Below, in pieces: positions 50,863 through 61,594 of a DNA stretch of 64,000 bases. The first letter of the stretch is position 1, and each line of letters opens with the position of its first letter. The DNA is from Eledone cirrhosa (Eukaryota), in contig OZ024741.1 of NCBI GenBank assembly GCA_964016885.1, positions 145,576,001 to 145,640,000 on the forward strand. The letters run 5' to 3'. The notes beneath the pieces were generated by a model. It saw nothing but the letters and a program-made list of their open reading frames with translations, was not told where the DNA came from and made no database searches. The position numbers were made by a program, and so were the translations under genes.

Positions 50863-51551
50863 TAATAATATATATTATTAGATAAAATATATACTATTTC
50901 CTCTCCCAATTAGCATAATTAACCATATAAAAAATCAATTAGACCAGGCTATAATAATAAAGGCTCCTATGAAGAAATTTTCGACAAATAATCGAAAGCG
51001 CCCTCTTCGCGGTGGCCCCAATAGAGTATTTATCCAACATTTCAACAGCATGTAGAAACTGACTAAATATACCGTAAACCATACACAATTAGGTGTAAAT
51101 TCAAACTTAGAAGAAATGTGTACATACCGTATTAATATCTCTACCATGGTATCGTCCGTACTTTTAGACATCCTATTATCAGGATATATCCAGAGTAACA
51201 AACTCATGGAGAAAACTCAAGATTGGACAGTTAATTTTCCAAAGTGATCGCGCCAAAAATAGATTAAAAAATGGCTAAGAATCGTGATGTGGTAGTGGTC
51301 AAGTTAGAAAGAATCTGATTAGTTGGTTACAGCGGGTAGGCTTGTTGCTAGAAAGCGCAGCCCAATATCGCCCAATTGTATCTTAACCTAACCGGAGATT
51401 ATTAAATATAAAGATTTACATATACATAAAGTCATAGATATATATGTGGCAACCAGTCACGTCGTGACTCAATGAAGAATTAATAAATTAAATAATCAGA
51501 GCAATATATCATAAATCATGTCCTTAGAATTATTAGATAAAATATATATAT

Positions 51552-51849
51552 CAAAAGGTTGTGAGCTCAATTCTCAAACCGGGTGATGTGTTGTTTCCTT
51601 GAGCAAGACAACTTATTTCACATTGCTCCAGTTTACTCAGCTGAAGAAATGGGATGATAGGGACTGGGGTCCATATCATTCCACTGTAAAGTGGACGTGT
51701 AGGTGCCACGGAAAAAAAGCATCCAGCCCACACTGTAAATGAGGTTGGTGTTAGGAAGGGCATCCAGCTGTAGAAATCCAGCCAGAATCAGTTCCCCTCC
51801 CACCCTTGCAAGCAGGGAAAAGCGGACGTAAAATGAGGATGATGATGAT
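51552..51849 (+). mobile_element. SINE family B (5'-clipped)
   Basis: Homologous to 63735-64000, with a (GAT)n tail. Confidence 0.85.
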
Positions 51850-52507
51850 AGAGAGAGATGTAGATAGGCATTAAAATGGTATATATGAATATAAATATAT
51901 ATGAGTGATTATATATATATCATTATACAAGCACCCAAATAAATATATAAAATCTTCTCTAGTACAAAAGAAGACAAATTCAATTCCCTAAATTTAAAGA
52001 CTATAGATATGTTGCATATCGTGATAATCGATAGTTTAGTCTAGAAATAGATAAAAAGATAAATACAAAGTTATCAATATCTCTGTTTCAAACTTCATTT
52101 CAATGTTAGTGTTTCACTTATGATAAGCTATTGGTTTGTAAATTAGTGAAACTACCTAAAGCTATGCACCATCATGATTCATCAATTGGATAAATGTACT
52201 AAGTAGCCATTTGACATTCACTGTAATTAAAATGACTTTGTATTATATAGAAACAGAAAAATTGACTTCCTTCTGTAAGTTATATGCAGTTAGCTGTATG
52301 TCTATGGCTGTGGTGAACAAGTTTACTTCACAACCAGGTGGTTATTAATTTATTGATATATCGTATCGTTTCATTGGGATGCCTACATATTAAGGACTAT
52401 TACTTTATAAGGTTGTTAATTAAGGTATATATATATATATATATACATATACGTATGTTTATATGTTCACATATTTATATGCAAATGTGGAACAATCTGT
52501 ATGTATC

Positions 52508-52874
52508 TGTAGCGGTTGTCTCCCTTGTTTTGATTGGGATCTAGACGGGAAGTGGAACCCTTTCTGCAACTTCCGGTCAGAGCCCTATAAAACTAACAAC
52601 TTTAAGCTTCCTTTCTCTCTTTGCCTTTTCGGCACCAGGTCAAGAGTCTTCTCATTTGGCTCTGCCATTAATTTGGCCAACAGGCGCCTGGCCTTAGCCA
52701 GGCGCCCTCTGCCAGCCGCGTTTGCCTGGCAATCAAAACGGTAACTACTAACTTTGTTTCATTCTAACATCTATCTTTGACATGTCAAGTATTCTATCTA
52801 CCGTTAATTAAATATTATACACACAAACATTGTCTCGTTTTGTTACATTCATACAACCCAGTATCCTCGCTATA
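52508..52874 (+). mobile_element. solo LTR (Gypsy-like, 4-bp TSD)
   Basis: Ends TGTAGCG...CGCTATA (inverted, CA changed to TA), TATC duplicated at 52504-52507 and 52875-52878, TATAAAA at 52586, ATTAAA at about 52807. Confidence 0.75.
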
Positions 52875-52959
52875 TATCTATGTACATGTATATATATATA
52901 TATATATATATGAAATAAACTGTATTAGAGATAGTTTAATTTGTAGAGTTATATATTAA

Positions 52960-53148
52960 TAATTGTTTCTACTTTTTGGCACAAGGCCAGCAATTACCCA
53001 GTACATAACCTGTACTTTATTTTATCGACCCCGTAAGGATGAAAGGCAAATTTAACCACGGCGGGATTTGAACTCAGATCATAAAGGGACATAACTATGC
53101 TAGAAAGCATGGCGTCTGACCCTCTACCGATACTGCCAATCCACACCA
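52960..53148 (-). mobile_element. SINE family A
   Basis: Reverse copy of 17799-17989. Confidence 0.85.
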
Positions 53149-53270
53149 TGTTATATATATTTAATATATTAATAATGACTGCTCCTTAAATGTTTTGAGC
53201 TTATTTAGATGGTTCTTTGGCTGCTATTTCTAGCGTCAATATAAGCCCATCATATTGTCCTAATACACCA

Positions 53271-53738
53271 AGTAGATAATTATTACACAGTATTTAAAGT
53301 TACATCATGCTGCTGTACAATGTGGTTTTTACACAGTATGATTATATGATATATAATGTCAATGTGCATGAATGATGAGTTGAGAGAGAAACTGTGTATA
53401 AGAGGGATACGTTGTAGTGTGTGGGAGAGAAGACTGCGATGGTATGGACATGTGATGCACATGGAGGATGACTGTTGGGTAAAGAAGTGCCAATAAATCC
53501 CAGTAGATAATTATTACACAGTATTTAAAGTTACATTGTGCTGCTGTACAATGTGGTTTTTACACAGTATGATTATATGATATATAATGTCAATGTGCAT
53601 GAATGATGAGTTGAGAGAGAAACTGTGTATAAGAGGGATACGTTGTAGTGTGTGGGAGAGAAGACTGCGATGGTATGGACATGTGATGCACATGGAGGAT
53701 GACTGTTGGGTAAAGAAGTGCCAATAAATCCCAGTAGA
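53271..53738. repeat. 231-bp tandem duplication
   Basis: Two near-identical units bounded by AGTAGA at 53271, 53502 and 53733. Confidence 0.9.
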
Positions 53739-53930
53739 AGGAAGACACAGTAGAGGAAGACCATGAAAAACATGGGCGGAGGTGATGAGAGCCGACCTCA
53801 GATCACTGAAGGTCACTAGGAGATGACGAAAGACAGTGACAAGTGGAGAGATGTTGTGCTGAATAGGACCTGTCCCACCCTTGCAAGCAGGGAAAAGCGG
53901 ACGTAAAATGATGATGATGATGATGATGAT
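53585..53930 (+). mobile_element. RTE LINE 3' end with (GAT)n tail
   Basis: [31 protein letters not shown]. Confidence 0.85.
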
Positions 53931-53949
53931 TCAGCTAGTCCCTTTCGGT

Positions 53950-53984
<35 letters not shown>

Positions 53985-53987
<3 letters not shown>

Positions 53988-54276
53988 AGAAGTTATATTT
54001 AATTTGTTGGGATTCAACAAGCTTAAAAGTTTTATAACTGATATAAAGCACTCAACAAATTACTGGAGTAAATATTCAATATATTAATAAATGGAAACTA
54101 TATTTATAAAACCATAATTATTTTATTATATATATTTCAAGGGCAACCAAGGTAATTTTGGTGCGCTTTCATCAGATAAAATACAAAATATGTTTTATAA
54201 ATGCCTTGGTTGCCTTTGAAATATATATAATAAATAATTATGGTTTTATAAATATAGTTTCCATTTATTAATATAT

Positions 54277-54280
<4 letters not shown>
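53985..54280 (-). mobile_element. palindromic hammerhead-bearing element (family H1)
   Basis: Arms at 54077-54152 and 54204-54278, left tail homologous to 22085-22175, between (TA)n tracts. Confidence 0.85.
54119..54183 (-). ncRNA. type I hammerhead ribozyme
   Basis: TATTTTAT-CTGATGA-AAG..CCAA/TTGG..CTT-GAAA-TATATATA|ATAAAATA. Stem I is a perfect 8 bp. Confidence 0.8.
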
Positions 54281-54317
<37 letters not shown>

Positions 54318-54415
54318 GGCAATTCAATACAATACTTTGTTCACATATATGATTTAGCAGTGATTCATTATGTATGATCAATTATTTTACTTATCCCATA
54401 TTCTTATGAAGAATT

Positions 54416-54518
54416 TGCTTCCTGACGATAAAACTTCAATTCTTCCAGCATTGGTTATTACAATGTCTTGAAATTCCAAATGCTGTTTCTTTGAGTTTTG
54501 GAAACCATCGTTGGGGCA
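54416..54518 (+). ncRNA. type I hammerhead with ~70-nt extended stem II
   Basis: TGCTTC-CTGACGA-TAAAACT..CAGCATT/AATGCTG..AGTTTTG-GAAA-CCATCGTT|GGGGCA. Confidence 0.6.
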
Positions 54519-54623
54519 TTATATGAGTTAGAATTGGCTTATTTTAGCCAATTTGACTTATATCCCCACCAAAGTGTGATTTGGGCATACATTTTATATT
54601 TTTAATTATATATATATATATAT

Positions 54624-55353
54624 AGTGGTAGAACACTGGAAGGTAATATCAGTAGTGGTAGAGCACTCAGTCCATGGGACGAGTTAGGTAGAAGTGGTTA
54701 CACAACAGTTAGTTCACCATACCGAGAACAATTGTTTCACCTTAGCGGATCCTCAGCTCGTAATGGACATGGTTATATGGAATAGGAAGGACAACCGTAC
54801 GAACGCGCATGCGCAGAAACGGTGACTTCAATTAGGCAATACTAAATTGCATGCGAGGTAAGGGAGATAACTGCGAAAGTCCGAAAGTTTCTAGTTGATA
54901 AGAAAATTAGGCTGTTGTTGTAATTCAATCTGGAGCTTTGTAGTTATGTAAGAAGTGTTTCCAGATGTGTGGACAACGTGTGAAGAATTCATTTCTTAAA
55001 TTTAGGCAATTGCTATTGCGTAATCTCTTTAGAATATTTATTCGTTCATCAATACATAGTCCACACAACGGATTGTCCCTTGTGTATGGGTTGGACTTAG
55101 TGATGGCTTTCCATTGAATGGAATAGTCTATACTTGAGTCCTTGAGGGACCATATGTGGCTTGCGAGTTTCGTGGATTAACGTCTGTCCGGGTAACTAAA
55201 AGTCGACTGGGGGTTCAGGAAGCGTTCCTTAAATCGGCCCTCCGCCATACCCACATAGAACCTCCTGTGGTTGATTTGGTCGGTTGGAAGTGACTACAGC
55301 TTCATAAACTACAGTGGGTGTGTTGCATTGCTGTTGTAGGGGACAGCCACTGC
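54624..55353 (-). mobile_element. PLE 3' end (GIY-YIG with C-terminal Cys/His; Naiad-like by inference) plus 3' repeat
   Basis: CPLQQQCNTPTVVYEAVV, FYVGMAEGRFKERF, STKLASHIWSLK, IQWKAI, CGLCIDE, LNLRNEFFTRCPH. TA tracts on both sides. Confidence 0.88.
54720..54762 (-). ncRNA. minimal type I hammerhead in PLE 3' repeat
   Basis: TACGAG-CTGAGGA-TCCGCTAAGGT-GAAA-CAATTGTT|CTCGGTA. Confidence 0.7.
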
Positions 55354-55371
55354 TATATATATATATATATA

Positions 55372-58335
55372 GAGAGAGACAATCACTTGATCACCTACAG
55401 ATCAGGGGAACATACCAGCCAGGTAGATTATATCCTTACCAGAAGACGTGACAGAGTGACTGTTGTAAACACTAAATCCCTCCCCCATGAAGAATGCACC
55501 TCCCAACATAGACTGATAATTAGCGACCTCATAGTCAGGACGAGACGTACTCGACAGCAGAAGAGGACTATCCTCAGGAGAAAAATATGGAAACTAAAGG
55601 ACCCCACAGCCAGAAATAAATTTCAAAGCATATTACTTGACGCTTTCAACAGTAAGGAAGAGCATTTAGAGTTGGACAATATAGAGGGACAGTGGGAATT
55701 CCTGAAAGCAAACCTGCTGATGGCGGCAGACGAAGTCTGTGGCCGGAGCAGGCCTATAGGCAGGAGGAGAGTAACATGGTGGTGGAACAGTAAGGTGGAG
55801 GAGTCGATTAAGGCCAAAAAGCAGGCTTGGAAAATATGGCGGGATGGGGGAAGTAGAGAAGACTATCAAGTGGCCAGGAGGGAAGCTAGGAGACAAGTGT
55901 ACTTTGCAAGAAGGGAAGCAGAGGAAAGAAAGTTCAAGCATGTTCTACAACGCGCGGACCAAAAACGTGAGGTGTTCAGGATTGCTAGGTAATGTGTCAA
56001 GGAAAACCGTGATATTGTTGGGGAGAAGTGTGTACTAAATGATGATGGCGTACTCACCATCACTGACGCTGATAAGAAGGTCGCTTGGAAGTGTCACTAT
56101 GAGAGGCTACTAAATGAGGAGAATAAATGGGAGAAGGATAGTCTCCCGCAGATCGATCCAATAGAGGGACCAGCAGTGTTAGTTGAAGGTAGTATAATAA
56201 GTAAGGCGATCAAAGATATGAAGACGGGTAAGGCGGCTGGGCCTTCGGAAATAGTCGCTGAGATGCTGAAGGCCTCTGGAACGGTGGGACACACCATGGT
56301 CACCCGGATAGTAAACCAAGTCATACAGAATGGGGTTGTTCCGAAGGACTGGCGTAGCAGCATCATCATTAACTGTTACAAGGGTAAAGGAGACGCCCTA
56401 GATAGGAGTAACTATAGAGGGATTAAATTAATCGACCAGGTCATGAAGGTCACGGAAAAAGTAATAGTGCAACTAATCAGAGAGATAATCGATCTAGATG
56501 AAATGCATTTCGGGTTTGTGTCAGGCAAAAGTACCACAGACGCTCTTTTCATTGTACGACAACTACAGGAGAAGTACCTAGCTAAAAGTAAACCCCTATA
56601 CTTAGACTTTGTCGGAGAAAGCCTTCGACAGAGTCCCCCGTTCCATTATCTGGTGGGCTCTTAGAAAACTAGGTGTTGACGAATGGCTTGTGAGAGCTAT
56701 ACAAGCCATGTATAAAGAAACAGTGAGCAAGGTTAGAATTAACAACGAATATAGTGAAGAGTTTAGCGTAAAAGTTGGTGTCCATCAGGGCTCTGTTCTT
56801 AGCCCCCTACTATTCATTATTGCTCTTCATGCTATAACAGAGGAGTTCAAGACCGGCTGCCCATGGGAACTCCTATACGCAGATGACCTAACGCTCATAG
56901 CTGAATCAATGGCTGAGCTAGAGAAGAAATTCCAAACATGGAAGCACGGCCTAGAATCAAAAGGCCTTAAAATTAACATGGCTAAGACTAAAGTTCTAGT
57001 TTGTAGGAAAGAAAATAAGGCCCCGGTCCCTTCCGGGAAATGGCCATGCTCAGTGTGTAGGAAAGGCGTAGGTAGAAACTCCATTTTATGTCCCAAATGC
57101 AAAGTATGGGTGCATAAAAGATGTAGTGGGATCACAGGTAAGCTAACTAAGAACACAGATTTTACATGTGGCCGGTGCTCTGGTGCAATAAGTAGCAGCA
57201 AGTGCCCACAAAATACTAGCTCTTTCAACTGCGCAGAGGGTTCTATAGAAATAGTGGACAGCTTCCGTTACCTGGGTGACAAAATCAGCAGTGGGGGAGG
57301 GTGCTCCGAAAGTACAGTAGCTAGAGTCAGAACTGGATGGAAAAAGTTCAGAGAGCTTATACCACTATTAGCTGCTAAAGGGTTCTCCCTAAAAGTGAAA
57401 GGCAGGTTGTATGATGCCTGCATACGAACAGCAATGTTGCATGGCAGTGAGACCTGGGCATTGTGTGCAGAGGATATACGCAGACTAGAGAGGAACGAAG
57501 CTTGCATGCTCCGCTGGATGTGTAATAGTAATATACGCGAACGGCAAAGCATAAACGAACTAAGGACAAAATTAGAAATAAGAGGGATCAGATGTTGTTT
57601 TCTCGAGAGAAGGCTACGTTGGTATGGTCACGTGACGCGCATGAAAGACGACAGCTGTATAACAAAGTGCAGGGCAATAAAGATAGATGGTAGCCACGGA
57701 GTAGGCAGACCCAGAAAAACCTGGGACGAGCTGATAAATTCCGACCTCACACACTTACACCTCTCCAAGACAATGTCACTGGACCGAAACATTTGGCGGT
57801 ACTCAGTAACAGAGAAGACCCGCGTTACCTAAATACAAAGTAAAACCTACTACAGTCAGTAGGCATCTCTAACAAAATACACCCCGTCCCACCACCCCCA
57901 CCCCATCCACACCACCCCTTTCAATGTAAAGTTATGTTGGTGCCACAAAATCCAGGCCGAAACAAATGAGATCGTGTAGGTGTCACGAAAAAAAAACACA
58001 CAGTCCACGCTGTAATGTGACCGTGTAGGCAACACGGTAAAAACGTCCTAGTCCCACACTGTAAATGTGGTTGGTGTTAGGAAGGGCATCCAGCTGTAGA
58101 AAACCTGCCAGACAGTCCACGCTGTAATGTGGCCATGTAGGCAACACGGTAAAAACCTCCCAGCCCCACACCGTAAATGTGGTTGGTGTTAGGAAGGGCA
58201 TCCAACTGTAGAAAACCTGCCAGACAGTCCTATGCGAGCAAGACAACCACTCTTGCCTCAAGTGGGAAAACTCCCGTCCAAACCCATGCAAGCATGGAAC
58301 ACGGACGTTAAACGATGATGATGATGATGATGATG
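55372..58335 (+). mobile_element. 5'-truncated RTE LINE (APE C-terminus, RT, PHD-like finger, 3' UTR)
   Basis: SQVDYIL/TSQHRLII, TWWWN, NYRGIKL, KAFDRV, QGSVLSP, YADD, GRPRKTW. One stop at 55990 and one frameshift near 56615. ORF ends at 57832, followed by a (GAT)n tail. Confidence 0.95.
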
Positions 58336-58370
58336 ATATATATATGTAGTTGAAAAGGAGGTAAATTTCT

Positions 58371-58796
58371 ATACAAATCAAAGGTTATAGAAAAAAAGTA
58401 AGAATGGACACAGCAAGGAAGCACATTTAAAGAATTCTTCTCTCTTCAATATGACAAAGCCCCACTTTATTTATGCATTGAAGCCACATGGTAAACATGT
58501 TCTTCTTTGCTTGTAAAATATTCTTCATTACAAACTAAATTCTTTGTTTAAAAACCAGTTTCAACACCCCATAAAGTGAAATATACACATGTTAATATTC
58601 AAGATGTTGGGAAACTTTGAATTTGTTGAAAATATAGTCTCTGCTTTTCTGTATACTATTCATATTATAATACATTGAAATACATTTTTACCCATGTGGC
58701 TTCAACTTGTATGCAAAAGATGCAGGGAGGATTCTTTAAATGTGTTTCCCTGCTGTTTCAATTCTTACTTTTTTTCTATAACCTTTGATTGTATAT
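58371..58796. mobile_element. element with ~120-bp imperfect inverted ends
   Basis: ATCAAAGGTTATAGAAAAAAAGTAAGAAT versus ATTCTTACTTTTTTTCTATAACCTTTGAT; TTGAAGCCACATGG versus CCATGTGGCTTCAA. Confidence 0.7.
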
Positions 58797-59162
58797 AATA
58801 TATATATATATGTCAGGTCAGGTCTCTTGCTGCTATAAATACCATGCAGCCCAGTACAACCTGTTTCATTGTTGGATTGTTGGTGACTAAACCAGCTCCC
58901 CAACAGGACCTTAGTCTTGCAAGGAGGGTATGTGGAAACCCAGCAGTGTAAAAACAAGAACTATTAAAGGGTGGGTGAACTCCACAGAGTCATCAGCCAT
59001 TCACTTCAACTATGGACTAAATAACCTCACCAGCCTGCAATTGGCCAAGCATGGTGATTCTAGTTGGTGGAGGTAACCTCTTCTTGGTTACACTGTGTTG
59101 CGCTGTTGGTCTAGTGGGCATGTTTCTGGCCTACTATTTGGTCCGTATGGTGGAGGGCTTTT

Positions 59163-59372
59163 GCATTTGCTGGTGATGTAGGATTTAACATTGTTAGTGC
59201 AAGAGTGTCCTATTTTTATTGTATGGGGACTAAATATCTTTTGGTATTTATGGCCAACAGGGAAATGAAGATTTATGAGAGCTAGACATTTTTTTACTTA
59301 CATTAGTTTTTACATTAAATGAGAAAGGTGGTACAGACCATATGACATCTTTATGTCTAGTTTTTTTCTTAC
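59163..59372 (-). pseudogene. PLE linker-region fragment
   Basis: RHKDVIWSVPPFSFNVKTNVSKK / LALINLHFPVGHKYQKIFSPHTIKIGHSCTNNVKSYI. Confidence 0.75.
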
Positions 59373-59654
59373 TAGATGTAGGGCGGTGATCTGGAGAGTA
59401 CGTGATTATTTTGGAGAGAAATAGATAGATTTAAAAGAGTCAAAGTCAGTGTAGAGGCATATGTACAAACTTTATTTGCATATTACAATTGTTTTAATAT
59501 CAATCAGCTCAGGGTACAATCAAAGTGACGGGTCCCAACTCTTTTACAACATCTCATCAGATATGCGAGCTTATATGTGCAAAGTCACATCTAAACTGTT
59601 GACAGAGGTCCTGTCCACCTGTAACTGTTGTTACACACCTAAAACACACACACT

Positions 59655-59711
<57 letters not shown>

Positions 59712-60087
59712 ATACACACACTTTAGCACATGTAGGATAGATGTCAGTTAGACAGAAGACACAATTTTCACAACTTAGCAGGAATTGATAAAGAAGTATA
59801 TATTGTTAACAGGCATATATAATAATGTGTGATTGTGTACTTCTAAAATTGTGTTTACTTTTGTGTCTGTCATTCATCATCTTATATTTCTTAACAGTCA
59901 CAAGATTATTTAAGACACCATTAAGAAGCCTATGAGAACTAGTAATTTTACACATGTGCACAAACTCATACAAACTCACTTATGCATGCATATACATACA
60001 CATAGAGAGGCACATAAACACACACGCATGCATGGAAACACACATACATATAATTATGCACACACACACACATATATATATATATAA

Positions 60088-60431
60088 TGAAGGCGCATGG
60101 CTTAGTGGTTAGAGCATAGGGCTTGCAATCGAAAGGTTGTGAGTTCAATTCTCAAACTGGGTGATGTGTTGTTTCCTTGAGCAAGACACTTTATTTCACA
60201 TTACTCAGCTGTAGAAAGATGGGGTCCCTATCATTCCACTGCAAAGTGGTCGTGGTGGTGCCACATCAAAAAAAGCACCCAGCCCACACAGTAAAGTGGA
60301 CGTGTAGGCACCACGGAAAAAAAAGCACCCACTGTAAATGAGGTTGGTGTTAGGAAGGACATCCAGCTGTAGAAATCGAGCCTGAATCAGTTCCCATCCC
60401 ACCCTTGCAACCAGGGAAAAGCAAACGTAAA

Positions 60432-60462
<31 letters not shown>
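60088..60462 (+). mobile_element. SINE family B (tRNA head + RTE tail)
   Basis: TGGCTTAGTGG A-box, GAGTTCAATTC B-box, (GAT)n tail. Confidence 0.85.
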
Positions 60463-60463
<1 letters not shown>

Positions 60464-60467
60464 ATAT

Positions 60468-61143
60468 ATCATCATCATCATCATCATCATCATCGTTTAA
60501 CGTCCATGTTCCACGCTTGCATGGGTTTGGACGGGAGTTTTCCCACTTGAGGCAAGAGTGGTTGTCTTGCTCGCATAGGACTGTCTGGCGGGTTTTCTAC
60601 AGCTGGATGCCCTTCCTAACACCAACCACATTTACAGTGTGGGGCTGGGATGTTTTTACCGTGTTGCCTACACGGCCACATTACAGCGTGGACTGTGTTT
60701 TTTTTTGTTGTGACACCTACACGATCTCATTTGTTTCGGCCTGGATGTTGTGGCACCAACATAACTTTACATTGAAAGAGGTGGTGTGGATGGGGTGGGG
60801 GTGGTGGGACGGGGGTGTATTTTGTTAGAGATGCCTACTGACTGTAGTAGGTTTTACTTTGTATTTAGGTAAGGCGGGTCTTCTCTATTACTGAGTACCG
60901 CCAAAGGTCTCGGTCCAGTGACATTGTCTTGGAGAGGTGTAAGTGTGTGAGGTCGGAATTTATCAGCTCGTCCCAGGTTTTTCTGGGTCTGCCTACTCCG
61001 TGGCTACCGTCTATCTTTATTGCCCTGCACTTTGTTATACAGCTGTCGTCTTTCATGCACATCACGTGACCATACCAACGTAGCTTTCTCTCGAGTAAAC
61101 AACATCTGATCCCTCTTATTTCTAATTTTTTCCTCAGTTCGTT
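60468..61143 (-). mobile_element. RTE LINE 3' end
   Basis: Near-identical reverse complement of about 57555-58335. Confidence 0.92.
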
Positions 61144-61226
61144 TTATATATATATATATATGTATATATATACACTTATATATGTATTCATGTATATGAT
61201 TCTGTATTATATGTTTATTTATGTAA

Positions 61227-61270
<44 letters not shown>

Positions 61271-61594
61271 GCACACATATAAACATAAATATATAAATTT
61301 AATTACAGCTGTCAAGCTACACCGGTGTAACTTCATGACTAATATAGCTTCACAGCTTTAATAGAATATACATTGCTCTACTCTTGCACTGTCTATCAAT
61401 ACTTGTTTGTGCAACCAAACTTATATATAGATATATGTATATTTAATGTGGTTGTGTGTTTGAGGTGTTTACTTTGCAGCCATGTTTTACATTCCAACCC
61501 ATTGCATGGCACCATGAGCATGAGTGTTCTTCTGAAGTAATATTTGGTAGATAGAAACTGTGAAGATGCCTCTCATATATATATATATAAATAA

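Noticed and set aside
52540-52746. Host TOP/ribosomal-protein gene promoter and first exon
   Set aside because: Better explained as a solo LTR given the inverted termini and 4-bp TSD. No downstream coding exons were found.
54925-55353. Possible selenoprotein-type PLE (UGA at Cys positions plus SECIS)
   Set aside because: All visible Cys codons are TGT/TGC, and I could not see a SECIS core in the 3' UTR.
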